Assembly (NCBI RefSeq): GCF_000181795.1
Contig: NW_003526943.1
Location: 3,747,228 to 3,811,227 of the forward strand
DNA from: Trichinella spiralis
Taxonomy: Eukaryota
DNA length: 64,000 nucleotides
Direction of reading: 5' to 3'
The position numbers and the translations under genes are program-made. This document shows positions 26,901-41,378 of this stretch, in pieces. Under the pieces are notes generated by a model that saw nothing but the letters and a program-made list of their open reading frames with translations, was not told where the DNA came from and ran no database searches. The number at the start of each line of letters is the position of its first letter. Position 1 is the stretch's first letter.

Positions 26901-29900
26901 GAGAAAAAACACTTACTAGGTTTTCTTCTTAAAAGGTAGATGTAGAGAATCAAAATCACAGCTACTGTAACCAAAGTTGCCCACCAGTTGATGACGATCA
27001 TCACGCCCAAGCATAGGAGCGCTCCGCACAGTGAAAGCCACATGTTGTAGTATTTGAACGCTGGTCGAAATCCTTTGAAAGCAGTTCAAAAGTTTAATAG
27101 AAAATAGCCATTCAGTGGGACTTTTCATTAATGAATTCAATTTTTATTCCAAGCAAATGATGCGCTATTTTTAGAAATCAGTTCTAGTGCAGGGAAGTAA
27201 TCTTGTTAAATTATTTATGTGAATTTTAACTGCTTGATTGCACTTAAAGCACGTTTCTAAAAAGTTATAATTTGCTACTGTGAATTATATAAATAAATAA
27301 ATCCAATAGTAACTTAACGATTATTTAAATTAATAAATATGATGATCAATTTTACTCTAGGTATTGTTACGAATTATTCAATATGGCTATAATAAAGTAA
27401 ACGTAGAAACTGAACTGTCAGCATAATTATACTTTTATTGTTGAAAAGAATGAAAATTATTTATTTATTAATTATGAATATTTGAAATTCTACTCTTCAT
27501 ATTTGCGGCAGCTTTCTATTGTCAGAGTTCGAATGTGAAAAGTTTGAAAAGCGAAGCTTGAATGATAATAAGCTTTCAAATGTTTTAATCTTCTTACCTA
27601 ATGACTGAGAATACGACGCATCAAAGCAGGCATAGTTGATCAGTGCATATGAAGCAAGGAAGAAGTTTGAAATTATTGGGGCAATAATATTCAAATCTCC
27701 TATAGTTTCGAAAAAAAATTAATATTGTTGTATAATTTCAATAATATGTAATGAATAAGGAAAAAAATCTGTTGATCACTGCTTACCAATAGCGATAACG
27801 CAACAAGCGATGAGAAATGTCAATATGTAAGCTGGTCGGGGTTCGTTGTTTCGACCATAGCCACGACCAAAATAACGAATGTATGGAAAAAGATTGTCAT
27901 TGGACAAAGCCTGTATAGCTAGTTTATAAATATTATAATGAAAAGATATTGAACTTGCTTGAAAAATTTTCGGAGCAGATACCATTGAAGACAAAGCAGA
28001 ACTGAGACTAGCAGCAAAAACACCTGCAGTGATAAGTGGGCTAAATGCACTTTGCATTTCCATGACCTTATAAATGAAAAAAATGCATATCTTTCCAAGA
28101 ATATTTTCAATTTATAATTATTAGTTATTACTTGAAAATAATTTAACAATCCGTATGTACAGTTTTCACTTGCAGCGCAATTGCTCAGTGTTCCCAGCTT
28201 GAGATCATCCAACACTCCAGATGCATCTTTCAGGCACGTAAAACCCGTTGCCAAAACGCACACGCAGTAAACACTGGACGTAATTAAAATGGCTAGGAGA
28301 GTGCCTTTTGGAATTGCATTGTGGGCATTCTGGAAATTATTGTAAAAATTGCATCATAAATTGTGTGCATATTTTAAAAAATTATATAGATTGTCACTGT
28401 TGTTACTTTCAAATCACCGGATATATTTGCTCCGGCCATTACACCCGTGGCGGCAGGGAAGTAAATGGAAAAAAGGCTGAAAAATGTTTCCCCACGAAAT
28501 TCTGGCAGCAGATTTTTCATAAATGTTTCCCCTATTAAATGTAAAATATTGTTTAAATCAAAGTTTTGAATTTTAAATCATCTTTTACATGAATATCCCG
28601 TAAATCCTTTTGCTTGCATATCTTCGCTCTTCGGTAGCGTGGTTCCAATGAGATAATTTAGCACGGATATGCTAAGTATGGCTAGCAGTATCATTTGTGC
28701 CTAAAATTAAACAACAATTAAGTAAACTTTCGTTAATGTGAACAAATAAATTAATTTTGACTCTTAATTTTTTACAAAAAAATTATAGCTATACATTTTA
28801 ACGCATTTTTATTTTTTGATATTACATAAACTAAGTGATGTTGTAAAATTAATTTTGTAAATTTGATGAAAGATCGTATTTTCATTGAGCTGTTTGTGCA
28901 TAATTGAATTTTTTCAAAATATTTAAATAAGCTTCACAAAAGAAACAAACTTAAATAAGCAAATTCTTCTGAAAAATATTTTTTCAATTACTTTTGTCTC
29001 GAAAAGCACGCCAACAATTACGATAGCAAGGATGACGACAGCCGTAGCAAGAGAGATTATTCTTATGTCATTTAATGATCCATCAACGATATAAGTGTCA
29101 TGTTTCTAAAAATAAATAATTGCAATTATAATATATTCTTCATTTATTTAAGAAGAAAAAAAATGAACCTTCATAACATCAACTACACTTTCAGCAAAGC
29201 CGACTACATACATGGCAACCGCAACAGCATTGGCAAATGAAAACAGCAACCCAATGCTACCGCCGAATTCTGGCCCCAACGATCGAGACAGTAAAAAATA
29301 GGCTCCTCCTAAATTAAAATTTACCATCAATTGCATTTTTGTTTCTTCTGTTAAGCTGAGCTTATTCAGAAAACAGTTTTAATTGCCTCCTCGAACTTCC
29401 CCGTTTGTAGCAATGGCACATAGTGATAACGAGGTCAAAATGGTGACAGATGAAGCAAGAAGAACAATAGCCAACGTCAAAACTGAAACACAATTGATTA
29501 GCATATTTTTCAATTAACGTTATTTATTCAGCACTTACGGACACCGGCTTGACCAGTAATCCAGCTAAGACGAAGATACAAAATTACTCCAAATATGCAC
29601 AAGATGCATCGAATCTAAATATGAAAGTTTTCCAATATCATCATAATGTAATATAATAAGTCGCTTGTGTTCTAATTTAAAAAATATGTTCATGCATTTA
29701 TGAAATTATTTTTAATAACTTTTAATAATAAAGTAACATTTTTTACCAGAACTCCTTTGATCCATCCCAACTTTTGTTGAGGTTTAAATCTTTTTGTAGA
29801 AATGAATGCTTCTAAGCCGGAACATTTTCTCAAGCTTTTCTGATCCTAAAATTAGTGTTTCAATGAAATTTATAGCGCAACATCCGTTTCCGTACTTCAT

Positions 29901-30256
29901 CATGGGGAGATTCTGCAGAAACATTTCTACCATCTCGTAGTTGCTGCAAAGTTGGCCTAGAGGATACGGCTTTTACTACTGACATCATATTGCGATAATG
30001 ATCGATGTGAGGCACTTTTTCCATTGTTTTCATATTTCTGTATATTCCAATATTTATAACTGATGCACTGTGATTCGCATGAAGTAAATACTTACGCAGT
30101 GGTGCAGGTTAAATCGTTTGGTGCACTTTGACGATCGTCGGTTTCATTTAAAGCTTCTTCATTTTCGTTGACAATTTCAAAGTGGACTTGTTTCGTTATA
30201 TGGTCAGAAATGGACGAGTCAACGTGTTCATTATCATCAGAGCATTGGTTTTCCAT
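23920..30256 (-). CDS. SLC12 cation-chloride cotransporter (NKCC-like), multi-exon
   Basis: Motifs: [103 protein letters not shown], and C-terminal [18 protein letters not shown]. Likely start ATG at 30256. Confidence 0.93.
26117..26683 (+). CDS. dhfr-1: Dihydrofolate reductase (intronless, nested in an SLC12 intron)
   Basis: 188-aa ORF with [55 protein letters not shown] and FDCDAFF. AATAAA at 26711-26716. Confidence 0.97.
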   Translation: MAQVNIIVAICEKYGIGKKNSLPWHLSKEMQHFKKMTTSVSDPNKINAVIMGRNTWYSIPEKYRPLSGRFNIIISGTMPQLSDEDVIVTWHWREAIEIVEHPISKKAIETFWICGGAKLYNDVIESGLWNRLYVTWIMKEFDCDAFFSFPDKNTIKLVEDDRIPSDIQVEKGIHYKYEVYENCMKMQS

Positions 30257-33200
30257 TTTATTTTGACTGATCTAAAAACTTGCGGATAACTTTACACGCA
30301 GCTTAAAAATGCTTTAAACAAATTGCAGTGAAAACTGCCGTCGAACATTTTCAATTTATATCATCGCCATCATTGATAATGCACACATTGTTTTTGTATG
30401 ACTCAACATTATCACTATGTATAATCCAACAATAAATGCATGTTTTTTATATTGTTTATGTTTTTAAAAGACACCACAATTTTATCATATTTCAAAAAAA
30501 TACTTTAGCAAGCTTGATTTCTGATTTTGTGAACTACTGATTTTGAAAACTGTTGGCATTACGTTGGTATTGTGATGATGAAAAAGAAATTTCAATTAAT
30601 TTCCTTCATCACCAGTTGAATTATCAGGTAAACCAGGACAGAATTTAACAAAAATTCGATAAAACTATACACTGCATGATAGGCTGCCAACAAGGAAATG
30701 CAATGCTAACACACGCAACATGAGTCAACAGAAATTTGATGACATGCGAAAAAAATCTCAGCAGCTGGGAAAATTTTAAAATATGCTATACAGATTTTTT
30801 TCTGTTTTGACAGCGCAGAAAAAACTGTTGAAGCTGATTCACTGTTGAATAGTGTAAAATTGATTCTAGACGTATCATCGCTGAAAACTGTCTCTTCACT
30901 CAACTAATAGGCTGTCTTTAGTAAGTAATAAAAATTCCATACTTCAAGAAAAATATTAAAATAAGTGTAATTTGATCAATGGGCAAAATGATCATTAAAC
31001 CAATGCGTGCTACTAATTAATTAAAATTTTCATTTAATAAAAGTCTGTTTATAATAAAAAAAACAATTGTTTTTCAAATTCTTCAACATGAAAAATTTAC
31101 TAACTGCATATTTGAAAAATGACGCATCAGTGAACAGTGACGATGATAGTGCGCAAAATTATAAGATAAATTTAATATTAGTTCGGCTAACAGGAAGAAT
31201 TGGATGGAGTGAAATTAGAATAATTCTTAATCATTTTAATTGATAGTAGTAAAGGCAACATTGTGGCGTTCACTTTTTAACTGTAGGATGAAACAATGGA
31301 AAAATGTACAACTTCCTTGATTTGCTAAAAATTGCAAATATATAAACATTTACAATTTATGAGTGAACATTTTTTCAAATAAACTGACGTCACCAAATCA
31401 AGCAATACAAGCATACTGTCTGCTTGCTAATTTGAAATTAAAGCTTAAAGGAATTCGCGTTTAAACGTCTGTATTTCAATTAGCATGTTATTAACAAAAT
31501 GTAATGCACGATATATAATATACAATTCAAAAATAAGAAAAAGAGCATTCGCCATTCAGTGTTATAATGATTTTGTTGAAATTGAACAAGCCAAAAATTG
31601 TTTAGCATTTTCCATTGCCAACGATTGCATGAAAACTTTGATGAGATAAAAATGCAGGTAAATATTTGAAAATTGATTCTGTTGTAAAATAAAATTAATC
31701 CATTATTTGCTAATTGTCTATAAAAACTGCTTCAAATACAATGAATTCAACTTGTCCGCTGTGCTTGCTTAAACTTGTGGCAATTTTCTCAATAATAATA
31801 GATTAAATCATTCGCAGTGGCAAAAGATTTAGATCAACAATCAAAACTGGGATCATTTTTATCATCAAAACAGCAAATTCAAATTCCGACTAATTCATAT
31901 CATACCGTGATAATGTGATTTGTCAAGTTTTGCATTTGCAAGTGAAATTTTGGCAAACTTTTATCGCCTTGAGTAAAAGTTTAAACGATGACTTAAACAA
32001 CCAACTGCCATCAGGCGAAGAAGAAAAAAAAGAAGAGGAGTTAGCATTTTTTTTAAAGTCAGACACATATCATTTAAATCAATGTGATCGTTGGTCAGGA
32101 AATAACCGAAACTGATCAATCAGCACAGTACAATTCAACGATTGGTCAGTGACAGTGCGGAATTATTAAATTGAAATCGATCGAGACCAGCATCTCTGGT
32201 CGACTTTTGCCAATTACAATGCTCTCCGTCAATTTGCGTAATCACAAAAACCAAAAACATAAATTAAAAAAAAACTGTCAAAATTACTTACTTTACAACA
32301 ATAGCGTGAGATAAAGAAAAATTTTTTTAAGCCAAAAAAGAAAAATTAAACAAATGAAAATTTGATGGAAGTTTTGAACGAAATAGCCGCGCCGAACCGA
32401 ACTGTATGCTTAACCTGCGCTTGGATGACTGCTAAAGCAAATATTTGATCAGCGTTCATTGAAGTGATGCAAACGTTCGATTTGAGAGCAAAAGTTCGTC
32501 AATTGAAGGACCCTTTTGACAATGTGACAAAGTTCTTGCAGTATATTATACAAGCTGAAATTAGTAGATGTTTGTAAAATTTGATCAAAAGCAAAAAATT
32601 CAAAACACCTCTACTGGCAATTATACACGGATGTACACATATGTTTCGTTGCCACCTGTAGTTGTTTACGTTAGACCCATTTATCCAGCTGTTTCAGCAA
32701 AGTTTACTCAAATAAAGCTCAGAGTTGAAGATATTTTTTAATTTTAATAAAATTAATACCAACAGAAAATAAAATTTTAAATTTAACACAAAATTCAAAA
32801 TTATTCCATACCCACTGTTCATGCGCAAGTGATGCTAAACTGAAATTAGTGGAGGCATGAAAAACGCCAGAGGCACAGCAAATGATTATTCATTATTGCT
32901 GTTAGCGTCGTTCTGTTGCGAGCTGAAATGCTCATGCACTCGCAACAACTGTTCACTTTACCTCTAACACGATTCTATTCAACTGAATCCCCCTTACAGA
33001 TAATTTTGCAACGCTTTTAAGATATACGCTTCCTGATTATGATTATCCAAAAGATTAATAAAAAGGTAAAAAATGAAATAACACTATGAAACACACATGC
33101 ACAAATTTATCTTGAGTATTGCAACAGCTAAAGTTTGGTTAACATTAAAGTCATCAACTTTAGCTTTTTCTCTCTGTTACTTGTTTGCGATAGGTTATTA

Positions 33201-36200
33201 TATTTTATTGAATTATCTAATGAACAGTTGTCAAAATACCTACTATTTTGAAGAATTGTGATCATAAATCAGCAATGAATCTAACATCTGTAAAAAAATT
33301 TAGCAATGTTATATATCGTTATGAACAAGTTTAATCAATTTTAAACATACAACACCGTTTAGCGTATAAATAACCTTTTTATTAGAATTTCTTTCTACTG
33401 TTTTAAAAACAGCTGAATTTAAAATTTATCAAAGTAATCCAAAAGTAATTTATGCTTAAAAAGCTATTTTTTAATTATATAAATGGCTGTAATTGTTTTC
33501 TAAAATGAGAAAAGAAAATATCTGAGCAGGGAATTAAAAAAAATCTTTTTAAATAAAATTACGCTAACAATAAAAGAAGTTACATTATTATGGAACATAT
33601 ATTTTTGGTACTGAAGCTAAGAATAAGATCATTTATTGAGAATATAAAGTAACCAATAAAATGCGTTACATTTAAGGTGAATAATATACTGGATTAAAAT
33701 TAAAAGGAAAAATCTTAAGCAATAAACATTTGAATATTGCAATAATCTTTGTACTGCTAAAATTGAAATTTTAATTGAAATAAGATACTGATCGTATTAA
33801 AGAAAATTGCGAAAAAATACTTTGCAATGTTAAGTAGCTAATTAGTTTTTTAAAAATCAGATGGCCTTAAATTAGGCATTTTTATAGATAATTGTAGTTA
33901 AAATTGTCCGTTGTTTTGATATGTTAAAAGCATCAATCATAACGTAATATTGAAATTGCTCCAACATTAAAATTTCAAGATTGTTAACTGATTTTCTTGC
34001 AAAATATGCAATTTTCAACCATCTACTAACAATTGTTTGTTATCTTTATAGAAGGAGAGTTTATTCTAATAATTTCATTTAGTGTGATAATGCAAAAACT
34101 GTTGCAAATGAGCAAATACAAAATTTAGAAGATGACGTTCATGACCAATTGAAAGAATATAAAATTTTACCGCATTTTTATGATTAAATTGTTATTACAC
34201 ACATTTATATATTATTGAATGATGCCAGTTTGTTTATAATTTATGAATACTATCATTTATGAGTGTAGTTATCTCATGACAGTGCATACCTCCTGTAAGC
34301 TGCAATCTTCTTTTAATGAAGTCAGGGTGATGTTATTGAAAAGATCCAAAGTTCTTCTTCTGGACACAGAGAACCGAGTTTTACCAATTGGCTCTTTATG
34401 CATGTTTTCAATATTCTTCCGTTAACTTTGATCTTGTATAACTGTTATTTCAATTGATCTTAAAAGATTATTTTTAGTCAGTCAATTAATGCAATAAAAA
34501 TATGAACATCAAGAAATGAAGTAAATTGAGCTCCAGTGTAATTATAAGTGCAGGCATCGTGTTTTTTACGCGTTATAAGGCTACATTTTAAAAGTAATAA
34601 GAAGATCATATAAAGAAACATATACAAATGATCTAAAGTATATTTTTAAAAAATATTTATGTACTTAATAGTTTAATTTGCATAAATTATAACAACATAT
34701 ATATATATCCTGTTTTTTAATGAAAAAAACAAAATTAACATTGAATTTAATAAGTAAATTAACTAAATATGTAAAATAATAAATAGAAAATTAGTATACA
34801 TTATTACAAAATGCAGACATGCCATGTAAGATTAATCAAAATATGATCACATAGGGCTCTACTAAACGCACTGGTAAAACACTTAAATGGCGTTTAATAA
34901 GTGAATAAATAATAAATGGTAATTTTATATCACGGTGTTTTCAAAATACTCAATATGAATAAGAGCGTAAAAGAATTGAAATGGAGAAAAAGAATATGAA
35001 ATACATGTTGAAAAAACTTCAAAAGCGAAATCGATACTCATTGATGCTACTGAGCCACAATATCACAAGTAGAAGGAGTAGGTTGTAGACAGGCGTAAAG
35101 TAACATTAAAAGAAGCTATACAACATTATTTAACACTTCATAAGAAAAAATCGACCGATTTTATTTAACTTAGAGGCATCCATAAATAGAGGATGTTTAA
35201 GGAAAATTGATGCCACTAATTTAACTGGTCACAGTGACCACTTCCGATGAATGGCACCCATCTGCGTCATGAATAAATCACTGAGACGATACGTGTGTGA
35301 AAGGAAAAAGTGGTCGACGTTGTTCGCTAATGTTCTTCTGTTATCATTCCATCAATAGAAAAAATTGATTTCGGCAACGTGGCTACTTTAACTTTTATGA
35401 CCGCTTCGTTCAGGTAGGAAAGACGCCCTGACGAATCTTACTTTCAGATTTCAATATTCAAAAATTTTTTGCACTATTGATCCAAACGGATTTGATCACT
35501 TCCTATCGCTTGAAGAAACCATAATTTAAGCAATTTTTTATTCTTCAATATTCTTTTAATGATCATAATAATGTGCTGCAGTATAACCTTAACTTTCACG
35601 TAAAAAACGGGAATCCTCTTCACAGAAGCTTCACTACTGAATGATTTCGACGTATGTAATTTAAACTGTAATTCTAGTGGATTAAATAACCAGTAAGGCA
35701 CTTTACACTGAAGTTTTTTAGCGTAATATTGCTCCACATTCAAAATATGATTGAAAATTTTCACTTTAAATGAATGTGGTACATTATTAAATTACTCTGA
35801 TATTTTAGTGCCTTAAAAGTGGCTTCAAAAGGAGAAATCTATTTCACTTATTATTGCTAAACAATTTATTCTTTTAATTATCGAATGTTTTAAAAGTGTA
35901 AATTTTAAATTTTCTATGCTTTAATTAAATTTATAAAATTTCGTTTTAAGGAGAAATTATCTTGTTCAACTTTTTTTCTAAAAAACTCCTTGTAATCACT
36001 GAAGAAAGTACTAAAATTCTTCCTATTTACTTTGGTTTTTCAAGCAGTTGAGAAAACTTTTTAATGAATCATGCTTTGCTTTACGACTTCAGAAAATAAA
36101 GTAAAGTTTAGAATAAACAATAATTATGCATTTTAATATTTATAATTTACCTTAATTAAAGTAAAAAATTATAAAATAAACGTAATTCATTGGACTTTTA

Positions 36201-37123
36201 TTTGTAAATTCCAACAAACTATTCAAATTTAGAAAGCAAATCTTTAAGAATGCATTTAGTTTGAATTTCTCGAATTAAAAAAAATTATTAATTTTTAGTG
36301 TGCAAATTTTCAAATCATCCATACGCTTCACTTCTCAAAAATTATACAAACATTCTAACTTTTCATTCAGCTTTATGCTAAAAACATGAATCTAATTGTT
36401 ACTTAAAGAAGCATGAAACTGATCATAAATTAGTTTCATACAATTTATTTTAAAAATGCCATGAAGGCATGATTGTTTTTTATGCTTACATCTGCTTTTG
36501 CAATATATTTATGCATCTGTTGTCATTATTTTGCTGCTTAATCAAAGAATTACTTTGTGGAAGAACTCAATAATTATAAAAAAAGAAACTTAAAGCATTA
36601 TTTTTTTTACTGAAATACGTCTCTAAGATTTAAAATAGTCTACGCCAATATGGCGCTTTAAACAGCTTTTTCTCACTAAATATATCATTATATGACAACT
36701 TTTGCGTAATGTTCTTATTCTGCTTCATTTAAACTATTTATGAGCGGCTTAACTACAATCGCTAGATTAATTATTTATTCTGTGTATTTGTGAAGACTTT
36801 TAATTTTGCTAACATTGCTACATAATTTGGAGAATTGTTTGCTTCTTTACTAAGTAAAACAATATGAGCTTTTTTGGTAAAATGTTTTAAGCTTAAATCT
36901 TTTAATCATATTTTTATTTTTTAGATTTTTTCTTCAACGTTGCCTTTTCAATAAAAAGTAATACTAAAACACAAATACATTTGCATCAACTGGAGATATA
37001 ATCACTGTAAAACGAATTTACTAGAATTAATAATAACATTTTTAACTTATAACGGAAAAGCGTAGCAACAATAATTAAACTACAAGACTTACATATTAGT
37101 ATTTTTTTGAAGAACTTCAATGT

Positions 37124-37126
<3 letters not shown>

Positions 37127-37169
<43 letters not shown>
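37127..37169. repeat. (AT)n microsatellite
   Basis: About 43 bp of perfect AT repeat. Confidence 0.97.
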
Positions 37170-37170
<1 letters not shown>

Positions 37171-38673
37171 CATTTTAAAATGTACAATACGTGCTACTTC
37201 AAGCATGCATTCATCAGCATGTTAAAACGAAATCTTACACAGAAATTGCAAGGTGATTGCACTTGTCAATGAATAGCAAATTACTGACAGGTAAGGATTC
37301 AAATGAAATTTTTTGTAAATTACGGCTTGCAATGACTTGTAATTACTGCTACTTTTAAAGTTCGATTTGCCAATGTTTCAAATTTGCATTAATTTATAAT
37401 TTTTTAAACCAGTTAACATGATCGCAAACCTGGTTCTACAAACTTCAATAAAACTTAAGTAGCATATTAATAACTTGAGCTAATGCATGAATAAGTAAAT
37501 TTCAGAAATATAATTTTATTTCTATTGTAGAAAAATCTGTTTTAAATATATAAATATAATTTAAGCATTTTTTTAAGTGGCCTTCAAGTAGGCAGCTCAC
37601 ATTTATATAGCAATTAATTTATTTTACTTTCTACTTAGAAAGAAAATATACTGTTCATCTTTACTTACACTTTAGGTACATTTAATATACTTTAGGTTTA
37701 TCTAAATGTTATTAGTATTTAATCTTGAAATAAATAAGAACTATTTTATGCAATTTAATTGTTAATAATGAGAAAGCAATTGCATCCTTTTTCAAATTAA
37801 AATATTTGAAGCAAAACTTGATGCGCTCATGTATTTTAACATTTTTCCCAGAAAATTTGCACAAGTTAAGCATGAAGTTTTAATTTCACTTAAATGAATT
37901 TCTTCCAGTTTGATTTATATGTTGCAAACATTATAAACTGAATTTCAAGCACTATTTTTAAAAGTGAAATTTTCTCACTCATGAATGAAAAGTATACAAA
38001 ACTCTGCTACAAACTGATTAAATCAAAACCTTTTTCACAAAAAAATTTATTTTTAACATTCACTATTACAAAATGAGAACTTCAAATAGTTTTAATTTGT
38101 TTAGAAAATAATTTCAGAAAGAAGATATTGTAACTTTTTATTTTAAATCAATGTTTAAAATAATTACTTACTTTTTGAAACTTTCTAAACTGGATGCAAA
38201 GATTAGCTTGTTACAACAAAATTACTGAAAGCAACTTCATCCAATGGACATTTCTTCTATAATAAATCAACGGCATTGATTAATCGGTCATATCTAGCTA
38301 ACCGGATGTCCGGTTCAAACATCATGCTCAAAGACAAAAAAGCGACAGGAAGTACAGTCAACAAAATTGTTATAGGATTAGTAAGTAAAGATCAAAAGAT
38401 CGGTCAAACAAACTTTACAGTAGCGCCTTTTACTTAAAACGCGTTCTGGTTATTATTATTTACCAAAGTAGATAATATTAGCAATAATTGTGCAAACATC
38501 CTGTATGATTTAGTGATATTATATCCTCTGTTTGACCGTTTTCTTCTTTCACTTCCTGTTTTGCCCTGTTAAACTGACCAATAGAATGTTTTGACCTATA
38601 ATTATTAATATAAATCAAAAAAGCATAATGTGACGGCTTATTGCCAGTTGTTCAACAATTATTCGGTTTTGAA

Positions 38674-39924
38674 ATGCTTGCAGCTATTTTCTTGCTCTTC
38701 ATCTCCGTTACAAATGCTTCGCACAGGCTGACCACTGATCAGTTATCAATGACTGATCGGGTAGTTTCGTGTCGTGCACATTGTATAGATGCATTTTCTG
38801 TTGGATTGCATCTTTCATCAGATTTTACTTGCAAAATGCATGCGGACTGCCATATGTGTTGGGAAAACTGCGGCATGTTCTATCACCAATTTGGCATTTG
38901 GGGTTCGATTTGCAAAGACCCTGTCGTTTGTTTTTCTGGTATGTTGTAATATTATAAATGTTTTTTATGCAATATTAAAGTCATAAATGTTTTAGGTTGT
39001 CAATTGGCTTGTTCTATATATCGTCAAAATTTAACGAATCGTTCAGATCGATCAGTGGCTTGGGCTTTTGCAGAACCAATGAAAGTTATCCGTTCACCAG
39101 CAATAAGTAAATTGGAAGTGCAATGGAATGCTCCAATCCCTCTCCTACCGCTTTCACCACCTTTTCCGAATATGGTCTACGCATTGTTTTGGAAGATGGA
39201 TCGACGTCCTAATATATGGTTTCCTCTGAATCACACAGTTGGAAATTCCTATGTCACCGGCAATGTTGACATTGTTCATTCAGGAATAGATTTCTTATTG
39301 CTTGCTTACACAAGACAAGGCCGTATTGCCGTTAGCCAGTTTCAAGAGTACAGCCCTCCAAAAGCAATTCTTCCACTGATCAAAAATTCAACTGCAGTTA
39401 ATAATATCGAATCTCCCGGTGGTTCAAAAGACACGGAATTTTATTTATATCTATCTGCTGCTATATTCGCAGCAGCTGTTATATGCTGCGTTGTTGTAAT
39501 CCTGATGTTTCGATTATATACCTTCTGTATTCGATGGAAATCTCTCAACCGATCAAATGCAATTCAATTTAAAAGACGTCCAACTATTCAAAGTCAAAAT
39601 GAGCCGTTTTCATTGAAGAAAAAAGGTGATTCAACAAGACAATCGACCACAACTTTGGCTTCAAATAAAAATTTGATCCGGGTAAGCAAGTCAAATCGTC
39701 GTTTTCGTAAAGTAGCCATACCAACACCCCATACTTATGTAAACGTTCGCGTGCCTAGCCCACATCGTTTTAAAAAGGATGATTTGGTTGTAAACGGGAA
39801 TCGCTATTCACTGTCAGATTGCGTTTTGAAAATTTTGGAACGCCCTGATGGCAAAGACCAAATTTTGCTAAATCCTTATGAGCTAAAAAAGCGTCTTGAA
39901 GAACAATTATCTGTTATTGTTTAA
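38674..39924 (+). CDS. Single-pass membrane protein, paralogue A (397 aa), Cys-rich N-terminus, possibly Fend-like
   Basis: Exons 38674-38938 and 38996-39924. It has a signal-peptide-like start, CRAHC...CHMCWENC...WGSIC...CFSGCQLAC, a beta-rich FN3-like segment, a TM segment (FYLYLSAAIFAAAVICCVVVILMF) and a cytoplasmic tail. The likeness to Drosophila Fend is from memory and unverified. Confidence 0.85.
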
Positions 39925-40640
39925 ACGTTTACTTTATATGGTGTACTGTCAGCAGATATTTTATGATCTCCCGTACGTTCTCTTTTTATAATGACATTTT
40001 GTTGATTAAATATTACAACTATAAAAAATGATGTCTATAATTCTCGTAAGTAATTTTTTGAATAGATTTTACAGATAATAAATTATAGTATTCTAAAATT
40101 ATTTATCAGATATGATAAATATAAAAGTTATGCAAACTGTTGAAAATTTAGCAGTCTTTTTGTTAAAGTTTGAAGATTTATAATAATTCAGTTTTAAACA
40201 GATCGTTTGTATCGCACTAAATTTTCTATTTCAAAAAGATTAAGCAATGCAACTTTATGACATGTATTAGCAAAGCTGGAATACTTCTTGCTGAAAAACT
40301 TTAATCGAATATTGAATAAAAACTATTAAAATGAAATGATTAAAAACGAGTTTATCTGACAACAAGCAGCTATTTATAAATATTAAACTCAACTAAAAAG
40401 GTTACTTGCAAAGTAATCTAATAAATTAGAAAAATTATTAAGCCGGAAAAAAAACTAGCAATAAACAGATAAGATGGGTATAATTTCATTTTAAAACATA
40501 AAATGCAGTGAATTTATAATAAATTAATGCAATACTTTTAAGTAAATTACTAAATTTGAACTGACTCAGATGATAAATTTACAATAAAGTACCGTTGTTT
40601 TGATTATTAAAAGTTTTCATACTTGTTTCTACAGTAAATA

Positions 40641-41378
40641 CAGTCTGCCGTCAACATCTGCGGTATGTGCGTTTCAGCGGAACAGCAAATGCCAAATTTC
40701 CGCCTATACTTGCCGTTTCTGTTCATACATCCGCCGATGCCTTATAATCCTACGCAATTGTCTGAAAGCTGCAAGGAATAATATCACGAACATGCAAAAG
40801 CCCGAGCTATTGATCGATTTACGGGCCGCATACTGATTTGCATGTTAAATATTTATCCCGCATTATTTTATTTGTTTAATTAAATGTATAACAATGAAAA
40901 TCATTGCCAGAAATGAATGAACTATTTCGTGCATCTTTTTAAAAAAATTGTGACTATAGTATTTACTTCATGCATTACGTGTTTACTCAAATTTTGCGTT
41001 ATTCTTGCGCTGTATTGGACCATGCTAGCATAAAGCGGAAATTCTGAACTTCCAAACATGCCCGGACCGGTTGATCAGTCTGGAGCAAGCGTCTGGAATC
41101 ACTGAACCGGTGCAGCCGTGAGCTAACCTTCCGTTTGCAGCGTCTCTATTCCGCTCACCCTAACGTTTTTATCTTTTTCATATTAGCGTTAGTAGCGGTT
41201 ATTCAGCTTCCCAATTTGATTAAGTCGTTATCACTACTTTTATGGTGTGGAACCTCATAAGCGGAAACAACCTTGCACTGAAGCTGCAGATCCACAGCAT
41301 GCATACACACTAAGGTCTGAAAACAGGATTAATCTTTTTGGTGGTTTCGAAATTCACAAATAATCCAGTTCGGGACTG
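40641..41378. mobile_element. Possible degenerate TA-flanked DNA element
   Basis: A GC-richer island bounded by TA|CAGTC ... GACTG|TA, similar in size to the other two Tigger-like elements. Only 5 bp of terminal repeat match. Confidence 0.3.
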
